From NCBI GenBank assembly GCA_963749155.1, contig CAVVLO010000003.1, positions 1 to 64,000 of the forward strand: DNA of 64,000 bases. Direction: 5' to 3'. Of the stretch, positions 1 through 10,035 are shown piece after piece. Numbering within the stretch: position 1 is the first letter of the stretch; each line of letters opens with the position of its first letter. The translations under genes were made by a program, and so were the position numbers. Under the pieces are notes generated by a model. The model was not told where the DNA came from. It made no database searches and worked only from the letters and a program-made list of their open reading frames with translations. Source of the stretch: an uncultured Armatimonadia bacterium (lineage in GTDB: Bacteria > Armatimonadota > Zipacnadia > CAVVLO01).

Positions 1-30
1 AGTGCTTTTTCGATAACGGGACGGTCTGTC

Positions 31-774
31 CTACTCCTTCACCACCACGCTAGCCGAGCGATCGAAGGGATTGATCCGCAGCGCCAGCGAGAAGAGATAG
101 GGATAGTTGGTCTTCAGATGCTGCATATAGGCCAGCCACTCGACCAGCAGGGCCGAATAAGCCCGTCCGATGTCCCCGCGCAGATGGCCGATATCAGAGG
201 GCGGCAGGGCATCGAAGCCCTCTCGGTGCACCAATTCCTCTGTCAGGTGGAAGACTGCCCATAGCAGGTCGGTAAAGGTGTCATGTTCGAGCAGATTTGG
301 GTTCTCGAGCAGCCTCAGCAAGAAGCCCCGACGCTCGGTGAGGAAGCCTTTAAGCGCTTGCAGGTCGAGGTCGGCTAGCTCGAGCTTCGGCTTATATGCG
401 GCCAGGTCAGTTCTTGTCGCAGCGAACTGCTCCGGCGTCCACTTGCCGGTGACGATGAGGCGCTCTCGCAGAGGTTCGACCGCCGCATCGGCGTCAGTGA
501 AGCGCACGAGCAGCTCCTCACCTACCTCACTGAAGAAGGCGCCGATGACCATATTGAGCTTCTGGAGCTTCTCCTTCTTGGCGCGTATGGCAAGCAGGCT
601 TTCCAGCACCAGGCTTACCATCAGCACTTCGATGAAAACGAAGGCGATATCGCCAATCAGATAGAGGAAGATGTGGTGAATATCTCGGAAGACAAGATAG
701 TGGACGTAATAGACCGCTCCTGAACAAACGATAAGTAATATCGCAAGCTTCAACTGCCATGAGATGGACTTCAT
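31..774 (-). CDS. Conserved hypothetical membrane protein (2 N-terminal TM helices)
   Basis: ORF 31..807; ATG at 774 (MKSISWQ) follows a GGGGGT RBS; hydrophobic N-terminus; TATAAT-like -10 upstream. Confidence 0.7.
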   Translation of the reverse strand: MKSISWQLKLAILLIVCSGAVYYVHYLVFRDIHHIFLYLIGDIAFVFIEVLMVSLVLESLLAIRAKKEKLQKLNMVIGAFFSEVGEELLVRFTDADAAVEPLRERLIVTGKWTPEQFAATRTDLAAYKPKLELADLDLQALKGFLTERRGFLLRLLENPNLLEHDTFTDLLWAVFHLTEELVHREGFDALPPSDIGHLRGDIGRAYSALLVEWLAYMQHLKTNYPYLFSLALRINPFDRSASVVVKE

Positions 775-825
775 CAGCTTACCCCCGAGCCAGTAGGCAA
801 GGACCATTATATAGGGTACGCGAGG

Positions 826-2585
826 CTAGTCCAGTTGTGCCGGGGCGGGTGGAGTCGCCTGAGGGGCTTCAATGCCCGCGATTAGCTGTGCAGCGGTCGC
901 GTTCTCTTTAGTGTGGTACCGCGCGGCGGGCCAGGTCGTAGCGAACGCGCAGACCAGCGCGAGCAAGGCCGTCACCAGCAACTGGTTGGAGGCCACTCGC
1001 CTGCGCTGGGGCTTGGGCAGCAGGCTGAGGAGGGCGTCTCGTTCCGCAGCCCTGCGCAGTAGCGGCCAGCAGGCGAGGTAGAGGGCGGCGCTCACGCACA
1101 GCACGGCGACGTCACCTCTGACCTCAGCTGCGTTGTTGAGCGGAAAGGAACTAATCAGCAACGGCATCAGCTGAAGCACTGCCGCAAGCTCCAGAAGCCC
1201 GTGGGATTCCGCGCGAAGCTTGGCGGTTCGGCCCCCCTGTTGAGCACCCCTCGCGAAAGAGCCCCCCTTCGGCCCCATCGCAAAGGCCATCGCCAGCACC
1301 ACCGACACTGCGGCAAAGATTAGGAGCGGCAGTATCAGGCGCAACGTGAAGGCCCACGGAGAGAGGTAATATGGGTCCAGCATGTCGGGCACTGGCAGAA
1401 GGGGCGCTATAAGCCACACCACCAGCCAGCTGGCTTGCAGGAGGTGAAAACCCTCGACGAAGGCCAGGGGGCCGAAGTGGCCCTTTGACGGGACTGGCGC
1501 CCCTGGAGAACCAGACAGCGAGCAGGAAAGCCAGGCCGGCAACCGCCACAAGCGCGAACGCCACCAAGAGGGCGCAGTACCTCAGGTTGCGGTAGACCTT
1601 CACTCCCAGCCCCAGTAGCGCTGTGTTGCACGTGCCAAGCGCAGCTCGTTTGGACGAGGCGCGGTCAGCTACGCGCTGCAGTGGTTCCTTCAAAGCCTCT
1701 GATATCCCCGCTCGCCCTGCCGCGGTGAGGCCGGCTCGCGCTGCCGTCCTGGCGCACAGGTACCAATCCAACTGCTCATCGTGAAGGCGACTGGCCCGCG
1801 CTAGTCCTTCATCACAGGACGCGAGGTGGGCGAAGAGTTGCGCTGCCCGGCCCGGCTGGCCGTTCTCCAGCATTGCCCACGCCGCCATACGCAGGGAACG
1901 GTTGAGCACATAACTGGTGTATGACGCTTCCCCTTCGCCACCCAGTTGGGCTGCAGCCCAGCGCATATCGTCTGGCCCCAGCAGCAGCCGCATCCCCTCG
2001 CGCAGCGCAAGCCTGGAGTAGCCAACCCAACTGTGTCTGCCTGGGGCACTTGCGCCTTTCTCAAGGCTGTGGAGCGCGGTGTCGGTCTCTCCCCTGGCGG
2101 CCTGGACCGTGGCTAGCACAAGGTGGAAGTAGCTCTCCTCTGGGAAGCGAGCAACTGCGGCTTTGGCCGCCTCGTAGAGCGGCTCCAAATGGCTTGCCTC
2201 GAGCTGCTCGCCGGTGGGAGGGTCTTTCAGCAGGGAGCGCAGCAGCTCGGCCCTGAGTGGCGCGTAGTCGGGAAAGCGTTTAACCAGCGGCAGCAGAGAG
2301 GGGGCCTGCAGGTTGTCCTCCGGATCGCTGGCGCAGAGCTGCAACCCCCACGCTTGCAGGGGTGTCAGGTCGCTGTGCGACAGCAGTGCAGCGGCCTGCT
2401 CGCGTGCGGATTTCGGCAGAGCGCCGGCGGCCCATCCCGCGCTAGCGCAGGGGCCACCCCGTGTCTCGGCGACCGCGTTCCATCCATCGTGTACCTCTCC
2501 CGCCCAGTCCCAGCCGAGGCCGGAGAGCTGGAGCAGAGCCATGATCAACGCCAAGCCGAGCACCAGCCAGCACAAAGAGCCGCAT
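826..2585 (-). CDS. Hypothetical membrane protein with helical/TPR-like domain and C-terminal TM helices (frameshifted)
   Basis: ORFs 1151..2575 and 826..1551 join at about 1545 into one continuous hydrophobic protein; ATG at 2585 with purine-rich RBS is 1 nt out of frame. Confidence 0.5.
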
Positions 2586-2702
2586 CCCTCTTCCCCACCT
2601 CCCTGCCACGCTCTAGACTTGTAAATCGTCTTCTACATCAGCAGGGGATTCCCGCTAGTTGAGGAAACCATAACAAAAGAAAGCCTTGGGAGGGCCGGGT
2701 AG

Positions 2703-5347
2703 ATGGCAACCAAGCCGAAATGGATTTGGCCAGAGGGTGATCGCGACGCAATAGACGTCCGCGCCTGGTTCAGGCGCACCTTCGATTTGCCCGCCAAACC
2801 CCTCAGAGCGACCCTCCATATCACTGCCAGTTATCGCTACCTTGTTTTCGTGAATGGCCACCGCCTCGGTCCAGGCCCCAACTTCGCCGATCCCCAGTAC
2901 CAGTATGTGGATGAGTGGGATATCACTCCCTTCCTGATTGCAGGCTCCAACTGCCTGGCAGTGATGGCGCATAATCTCGCTGTCGGCACCCACTACAGCC
3001 TCGCCCAGCCAGGAGGCCTCTGGGCCGAACTCGAACTCGATGTCCGGCACAATATGCAGGCGACCATCGTGACCGACTCGGCCTGGAAGACCCTCTCGCG
3101 CGGCCCGTATCTTTGGCCCGTGCCCCGCCAGTTCTGGACTGTAGACTTCCAGGAGCAGGTTGTCTGCTGCGAGGCGCCGAGTGGCTGGACCAGCGCGGGC
3201 TTTGATGACTCCGCCTGGGCACCCGCGCAAGAGCTAGGCGCAAGTCCGCTGGCGCCGTGGACAAAGCTTATCCCCAGGGAGATCCCCCCCCTGGCAATCA
3301 CGCCGCTCTGCACCCGCTCGACTGGTCGCCTCGGGCAGCTTTCTCCCGGTGGAAAACGCCTGGTTGCTGTCGGTAAGCCAACCTTCAGGAGAGGTGGGCT
3401 TTGAACTCGATCTGGAAGCCAAAGCCCCAGTCAGCGCGCCTCTTTGGCTGTCGGCTGATGACGAGTTCGAGCTGGAGCTTGGACGGTCAGCGGCTCGCGA
3501 GGCAGGGCTTCGATGAGGCTTTCGTCCACACGATGACCACCTACCATCGCAAGCTGGTAAAGGACGAATACCATCTGGGCGCCTGGTTCCCCGTCAGGAG
3601 CGTGCCCCTCAATCTGACCGCTGGACCTCATCGGCTGGTGTTGAAGCTGAAAGCCTGCCCTGACACCTGGGGCGCGCAGCTCCACCTGCCAGGGCCTCGA
3701 AGTCACTTCGCAGGGCGTCTGGCCGCGAAGCGTGGCACCTTGGAGCCTCTCCTGCCTGGGCCTGGACTGGTCCACGATGTGGCTTTGAGGCTGATGCGCG
3801 AACCGCTCAAGCTCTCCTTGAAGCCAACCCAGGTTGAATTGCCCCTCCTCCTGACCGCAGAGCGCAATGTGGTCGTGCTGGATATGGAAAAACTTGGCGT
3901 CGGCACCCTGAGGCTTGCCGGAGTCAGCCGCAGCAGAGGTTCACTGGACATCGCGTATGGCGAGGCGCTGGCGCCGGATGGCCGCGTAGATTGCATCCGC
4001 AACGCTATGAGCGTTGCCGACTCGCTCCATTTCACCTCGGGCCGGCGCAAGCATTTCGAGTGGGACTTCACCGGGCGCCGGGCTTTCCGGTATCTGCAAC
4101 TCGAAGCAACCGGTGGGCTGGAAGTCGCACTGGACGAGATCACTTTGTTCGACACGCGTTATCCGGTTGAGCCGTTGGGCTCTTTCCGCTCAGAGGATGA
4201 GCGCCTCTCGCGCATCTGGCAGGTCGGCGCTGATACCGTGTCGGCCTGTATGGGCGACAACTGGGAAGACTGCCCGACCCGCGAGCACGCCCAATATCCT
4301 GGCGATGCGTATGTGGAGTTCCCGATCGCGCTGTACGCCTTCGGCGACTTCGAGCTGTCCGCTAAAGGGCTGCGGCAGTTCGGCCGGAGCCTGTCGAAAG
4401 AGGGCTTCGTGAACGGGAGATGGCCTTCAAGTCATATCCTGCCCTGGCTGCTCAATTACGAACTGTTCTGGATCTCATGGCTGGCCGATCACGCGCGGTG
4501 GTCAGGCGATCTGGCGCTTGTGGAGAAGCTCTTCCCCGCCGTCCTGACGGTGCTGGCCTATCATCGCGGCTTCTACGATAACGATGGGCTGCTGAGAGTG
4601 CCAGGCAAGCTGACCTGGGAGCAGTTCACTGACCATCTGGACGTGGACTCCCGGGGCGAGGTGACAGGCCACCAGTGCAACTTCTACAAGGGGCTGCTGG
4701 ATGCGGCCTTCCTCGCCGAACTTGCGGGACATCCGGAAGAGGCGCGCCTGCTGAGGGACGAGGCGCTAGCCGTGCAAGAAGCTGCCTGGCGGTTGCTCTA
4801 CGTGCCTGAGAAGGGCCTGTATACCGATTGTCGCCTCGAAGGAGAGCCGTCCGAGGTGTTTACGCGACAGTCGAATTGCTGGGCCATCTGGAGCGGGCTG
4901 GCGCCTGAGGAGGCCTGGCAGGGCCTGTGGGAGGCGATGCAGAAAGCGTCGCTGCCGACCATCAAGAACCCCTGGAGCCAGTTCTTCGTGCTGGAAGCGA
5001 TGGCCAAACTCGGCCTGTACAGTGAGGCGCTTCCCCTCATTGAGGAATACTACGGTGGGATGCTCGACCGCGGCGCCATTACCTGGTGGGAGCTGTTCGA
5101 TCCTGCCTGGCCCGAGGACACGCAACCTGGGAGCCTGTGCCACGGGTGGAGCGGCGCGCCGACCTATTTCCTCTCGCGCCATATCGCCGGCGTGGACTGG
5201 CAGCTGGTCCCCGAGGCGAAGCTGCTGGTGACGCCGCATCCCGAGGGCTGGCCGCCCTTCCACGCGGAAGTCCCCACCCCGCTGGGCCTCGTGACTGTCG
5301 ATTGGGATGGCAACAAGGTGGCGATTAAAGCCCCCAGGCTCCTCTAG
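2703..5347 (+). CDS. Alpha-L-rhamnosidase family GH78 (frameshifts at about 3308 and 3480)
   Basis: N-terminal WIW..WFRRTFDL..YLVFVNG domain; DCPTREH-QYPGD, GAITWWELF and SLCHGWSGAP motifs typical of GH78. Confidence 0.85.
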
Positions 5348-5410
5348 CCCCTCGCCCCTGAGTGGCGCTTGTGCTATGCTTCCGGCGACCTCAGGACAGG
5401 AGTCGCCGCT

Positions 5411-6415
5411 ATGCTGAAGCGCTGGAATACTATCTTTATGACAGGTAACCTCCCCCCTGGCGAAGTCGCCGGGCCGGAGCTTGATCTCGTCTCCCGCTGG
5501 CTGCTCATTACGCGCTTCTGCGTGATGCCGATGACCCTCTTCGCAGGCCTCATCGGCGGCTTGCTGGCCCTCTATCAACGCGATGCAGTCGACTGGAGCG
5601 CCTGGACGCTTGCGGTAATCGGCTTGCTGCTTGCCCATATCACCAACAATATGGCCAACGACCTCCTGGACTGGTGGCAGGGCGTCGATACCGCGGACTA
5701 TCCGCGCGCAACTTATGCGCCCCATCCGATCCGTGACAAGCTCATCTCGCCAACTGGCCTGATAATCGCTGTGCTGGTGACCATCCTTGTGGATTTCCTC
5801 ATCGCGCTGGCACTAACCGAGCTGCGCGGCTGGCTCGTGATGGGCTTTGCCATCGCGGGTATTGTGCTCTCGCTCGGTTACGTCGCCCCGCCCCTCTCCC
5901 TCAAGCGCCGTGGCCTGGGCGAATTGGTCGTGCTAATCGTCTGGGGCCCGCTGATGATTGGAGGCGCCTACCTTTCCGCAACAGGTCACCTGCCCGGCTG
6001 GGTGCTCTGGGCCTCGCTGCCTTATGGCCTGCTGGTCACCTGCGTGCTGCTCGGCAAGCACATCGACAAGCTGGAATACGACCTGCCCAAAGGCGTCTAC
6101 ACGCTGCCGGTGCTGCTTGGAGACTCCACGGCGAGGCTTTTCACGCGCGGGGCGCTGGCGCTTTTCTTCCTGGTGACGGTGTTTGAGGTTGCCTTCGGAG
6201 TGCTGCCACTCGCTTGCCTGCTTGTGGTGTTGGGTTTGCCGCGGCTCATCCAGGTGGACAAGGCCTTCCAGAAGCCCAAACCTTACGAGCAGCCGGCAGA
6301 CGTGCCCATCTGGCCGCTCTGGTTCGCGGCCGCGGCCTTCCTCGTCGTGCGCGCAGGCGGCGGCGCCTTCGTGCTGGGATTGATACTGGGCGCCATCTGG
6401 CCGCTTAGTCTGTAA
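5411..6415 (+). CDS. menA: UbiA-family prenyltransferase, 1,4-dihydroxy-2-naphthoate octaprenyltransferase-like
   Basis: NDLLDWWQGVD and KHIDKLEYDLPKGVYTLPV motifs, LKRRGLGEL, multiple TM helices; AGGAG RBS before ATG 5411. Confidence 0.75.
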   Translation: MLKRWNTIFMTGNLPPGEVAGPELDLVSRWLLITRFCVMPMTLFAGLIGGLLALYQRDAVDWSAWTLAVIGLLLAHITNNMANDLLDWWQGVDTADYPRATYAPHPIRDKLISPTGLIIAVLVTILVDFLIALALTELRGWLVMGFAIAGIVLSLGYVAPPLSLKRRGLGELVVLIVWGPLMIGGAYLSATGHLPGWVLWASLPYGLLVTCVLLGKHIDKLEYDLPKGVYTLPVLLGDSTARLFTRGALALFFLVTVFEVAFGVLPLACLLVVLGLPRLIQVDKAFQKPKPYEQPADVPIWPLWFAAAAFLVVRAGGGAFVLGLILGAIWPLSL

Positions 6416-7253
6416 GCCAGGCTTCGTCCGCCGCGTTGGGTTCCAGGCCGACCTCGTCCAGCAGTCTCACATAACTGCCGATGAGCGCGTCCACCTTCTC
6501 CCAGGTCGTCTCATGCGTCGGGAAGACCTCGTAGTTGAAGGCCCCAGAATAACCAAGGCCAACGAGCTTCTCCATAAAGCCGTGCCAGTCGATTGTGCCC
6601 TCATAGGGCAGCCAGTGGCGCTCTACCCCATCGAAATCCGAGATATGCAGGTGGATGATACTCTCGCCGAGTTCATCCATCATCGGCAGCAAATCGGCCG
6701 GCTGGGGTGGATGGTTGGTGTCGAGGCAGATGCCGCAGTCTGACTGGGACAGGTCTTGCAGCAGATAGAACAACTCGTCCGGACAGTTGCCAAGGCAGGT
6801 GCGCGGCAGCAACTCCAGCGCCAGCCGAAGGCCTTTGGCTGCGAAAGCCTCGCCTACTCTGGTAATCGAATCTCTTGCGGCTTCGAGGCGCGCTTCTCGC
6901 TCGGCGGGTTCGACAGGTTCGGAGCTTGCGTGGACGACTATCAGGTCGCCGCCGAAACGCTCCTGCATCGCGAGGGAGTCCAGCACTACTTCGATTGAGT
7001 GCTCCCGGGCCTCGGTATCGAGCAGGGAGAGATCATAAGGGGTGCCAAAGGCGCTGTGGAGAGAGGCCACCTTCAGCCCCGTGTCCGCAAGCAAGCCCTC
7101 GATTGCCGCAAGCCAGCCCTCACTTCGCCAGCCAGGCTCATAGAAGAGTTCTCCCAGGGGCGGTTGAAGCGCCCGGATGTACTCCAGATGCGGCCCCGCC
7201 TGGGGCGTATCGACGAAACCAAAAGTATGCGAGAACCTGAAACTGGCTTCCAT
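6405..7253 (-). CDS. Sugar phosphate isomerase/epimerase (xylose-isomerase-like TIM barrel)
   Basis: LALELLP, CLDTNH, HLHISD, HWLPYEGTIDW and FNYE metal-binding pattern. Confidence 0.85.
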   Translation of the reverse strand: MEASFRFSHTFGFVDTPQAGPHLEYIRALQPPLGELFYEPGWRSEGWLAAIEGLLADTGLKVASLHSAFGTPYDLSLLDTEAREHSIEVVLDSLAMQERFGGDLIVVHASSEPVEPAEREARLEAARDSITRVGEAFAAKGLRLALELLPRTCLGNCPDELFYLLQDLSQSDCGICLDTNHPPQPADLLPMMDELGESIIHLHISDFDGVERHWLPYEGTIDWHGFMEKLVGLGYSGAFNYEVFPTHETTWEKVDALIGSYVRLLDEVGLEPNAADEAWLTD

Positions 7254-7281
7254 TTATGGGTCTCCTGTAATAACAACTTAG

Positions 7282-10035
7282 TCAGTCAGAAGTGGGCCGA
7301 TACACCTGCTGGCGATATTGCTCGAGCCTGAGCAGCACGCCAGACAGGAAACTATAATCGTGCGACAGGCTGCCTTCGTATTCGGTGGGCCTGCCCTGCC
7401 AGTCCGAGATGGATGACCCAGTGCCTGGCACATTTGTCACGCCGGTCTGGAATCCTCCCCCGTTGGGGAAATATCCCTCCTCCTGGCGCTTCAGCATCGA
7501 CTGGAGGAGGAGTTCGGCTTTGGCGTCTTCGCCGATGCGCCAAAGGGCAATCATCACGCGCACCGCGTCCTCGGTGAAGACCCCGCCATTACAGTAGGTG
7601 GGAAAAGTATCTGAGCCGTCCTCACTTTGCCCTCCGAACGAGGCAAACTGGTCGTCGCGTCTCACCGGGACCAGGTTGTTGGGCACGCCCACGCTGAAGC
7701 AGTCGAAGCCGACCTCCTCCAGTTTGGTCCAAAGCCTGGCCATAACTTCTCGGGCAAGAGGCAAGTCGAGGACGTGACACTCAACCGCGACAGCATTTAC
7801 CACCAGGGCAGCATAATCGTGCAACTGGCCATCTGCGCTCCGCCACCAACCCAGCCAGCCAGTAGCTGGATTCATAAAACAAGGCTCATAGGCGGCCTTC
7901 AGGCGCTTGGCCAGCGCGCGCCACTGCTGGGCGTCACTTTCACGCCCCATACGGGCCTCCAGGTCGGCAAGGCAGAGCCAGCCGCGGTAACTGAGCGCAT
8001 TGGTCAAGGCGTTCTTGTGCCCGCTGCTGATGGTGTCCATATAAGTATCGCCGAAGAGCTTCGTGCCCGTATTACCGCTCTGGCGAGATTCTATAAGGCC
8101 ATCGCCATCCTCATCTCGAGTTGCCATATAACTCGCAACCAGTTCGAGCCGGGGTAGCCAGTGGGCCAGCCAGTCTTCATCGTCTGTCGCCTCGACATAA
8201 GCCCAGGCGCCCATCAGAATCGAGGGATTGGAATCGGCCATATGGCCGCCTCCACCAGGCACGTAGAAGACATACCCCTCCTCAGAGCAACCCCTCGTCA
8301 GCCAGTATTCAAGCGAACGGCGCACGACTGCGGTCGCCGAGACCCCAGGGGCCAGTTCCGGCACCACTAGCATTGGATCGGAATAGCAGTAGAAGAGCGA
8401 ACTCACCGGATCGCTGATGACATTGTTGGAAAGCAACCCGCCTGGCGCGCCTCCGAAGGAAGCCTCGGGGGGCCACTCGGCACTAACCTGGTACAGGTTG
8501 AACCAGCCTCTGCGCGCGATACGCCAGAGCTCAGGGGCGACTCCCTCAGGCCTGGGCAACACCACCTGGTCGAAGCGCAGGCTGCAACTGGACTTTGCCT
8601 CACCAAGCGGAAGGCGGAGAGAGACATCAACTCGTTTGCCTGGGCGGCTGCCAGTTAGCCAACCTGTGGCCTTGGGCTCCTCCTTGCAGGTAACGAGCAT
8701 TTGCCCGCAGTCAGGCGCCGAGACGATAGCGGGCAGTTGGAACTCGCCCCCCTCCCTCCAGTCCTCGGCGATGAGGCTTGTAGCTGTAGTCGACGGGTCG
8801 AAAGGCAACAAGAGGCGCAGTTCATCAGGCGCTGGCCCCCCTTGTAGGCGGAAACTCCAGGTCAGGCCCTTGTCGCGCAGGCCAACTCGCCACTCGAGCC
8901 AGGCTTCTCCTCGCAGTGGAATCTGGTATACAACAGCGGAAGCTGACTGCTGGGGCGGGCAAACAACCGAGCCGGTATCAAGCCACTCCTCTCCGTAGCG
9001 CGCCAAAATCCGGGCAGGCTCGCGCAAGAGATTCAGCCGGGCCTGGTCGCCTCCCTCGGTATCCCAGCCAAGCGCAGTAAGGCACGGCGCCTCTGGCGAG
9101 GCTTCAATCCGAAGGGCAACGGCCGGGGTATCTTCGGCAGAGGGCATATCGGCAATTCCTCCAGGTGGATAGACCAATCTTAGCGGAGGCTTGGGCAGTG
9201 GGAAAGGCCCAGCCAGCACCAAGCCTGCGGGCGCGCGCACTTCGGTACCACGGCGGGTCCAGAGTATGCCCCCCTGCGGGTCGAGGTACATAACAAGCTG
9301 TGCGCCCAGATCACTGACGAACAGTCCATCTTCTTTTGAGAAGGCAAGCCAGGCAGGGCTCTTCAATCCAAGTGAAGGGCCAGCCAGCACTTTATCTCCG
9401 ATGCGGACGGCGCCATCGCTACCACTCACCACGACCTCTCCGCCTGGCATCGCCCCGATACCCCAGGGGGCGCAACCTGCTGGAAGAGGAGTTGAGGCTC
9501 CTTTTTCGCCGGATGGCAGGTTGAAGCTAAGCACTACGCCTTCGGAAAAGTCAGGCACATAAAGCTTGTCTTGTGCGACCAGCAATTGGGTCAAACGGCC
9601 TGGGCCTGGGTTTGCAAGGTCCCTCAACCACTGGCCTGTAACAGCGTCATAACATTTGAGGACTCCGTCGTCATAGGAGGCTACGATAAGCCACTCTCGC
9701 CAGAGGGCCATCCCCATCGGGCGCAGCAGGCTTCCGGGCTGGCCGCGGGTTGGGGGGATGAAGTCTCCAAGGTAGCTGCCCGTGGCGCTGTCAAAGCGAC
9801 GCACGCTGCCTGGCTGGCCCGAAGCGCCACAAGAGACAAGCAAGTCACCCTTCGGCGCCAGAGCGAGCCCATTTGGGGTTGGCAGAGTCGAGGCTAATGT
9901 ACCGAGCCAGGCGCCAGTGGTGGCCTCGTAGCGTTCGAGCTTGCCTGAACCGGTCATTGCTACGACTAGCTCCTGGGGTGTCGACCAGGCCTGAGTAGCC
10001 AGGAGTAATCCCAGTATTGCCATTAGTGTTCTCAA
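7282..10035 (-). CDS. Secreted beta-propeller (NHL/Vgb-like) plus (alpha/alpha)6 glycoside hydrolase fusion
   Basis: Signal peptide; repeats RYEATTGAWLG / RFDSATGSYLGDF / YDAVTGQWL; C-terminal RDEDGDGLIE, NALSYRG, YCNGG. Confidence 0.65.
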   Translation of the reverse strand: MRTLMAILGLLLATQAWSTPQELVVAMTGSGKLERYEATTGAWLGTLASTLPTPNGLALAPKGDLLVSCGASGQPGSVRRFDSATGSYLGDFIPPTRGQPGSLLRPMGMALWREWLIVASYDDGVLKCYDAVTGQWLRDLANPGPGRLTQLLVAQDKLYVPDFSEGVVLSFNLPSGEKGASTPLPAGCAPWGIGAMPGGEVVVSGSDGAVRIGDKVLAGPSLGLKSPAWLAFSKEDGLFVSDLGAQLVMYLDPQGGILWTRRGTEVRAPAGLVLAGPFPLPKPPLRLVYPPGGIADMPSAEDTPAVALRIEASPEAPCLTALGWDTEGGDQARLNLLREPARILARYGEEWLDTGSVVCPPQQSASAVVYQIPLRGEAWLEWRVGLRDKGLTWSFRLQGGPAPDELRLLLPFDPSTTATSLIAEDWREGGEFQLPAIVSAPDCGQMLVTCKEEPKATGWLTGSRPGKRVDVSLRLPLGEAKSSCSLRFDQVVLPRPEGVAPELWRIARRGWFNLYQVSAEWPPEASFGGAPGGLLSNNVISDPVSSLFYCYSDPMLVVPELAPGVSATAVVRRSLEYWLTRGCSEEGYVFYVPGGGGHMADSNPSILMGAWAYVEATDDEDWLAHWLPRLELVASYMATRDEDGDGLIESRQSGNTGTKLFGDTYMDTISSGHKNALTNALSYRGWLCLADLEARMGRESDAQQWRALAKRLKAAYEPCFMNPATGWLGWWRSADGQLHDYAALVVNAVAVECHVLDLPLAREVMARLWTKLEEVGFDCFSVGVPNNLVPVRRDDQFASFGGQSEDGSDTFPTYCNGGVFTEDAVRVMIALWRIGEDAKAELLLQSMLKRQEEGYFPNGGGFQTGVTNVPGTGSSISDWQGRPTEYEGSLSHDYSFLSGVLLRLEQYRQQVYRPTSD

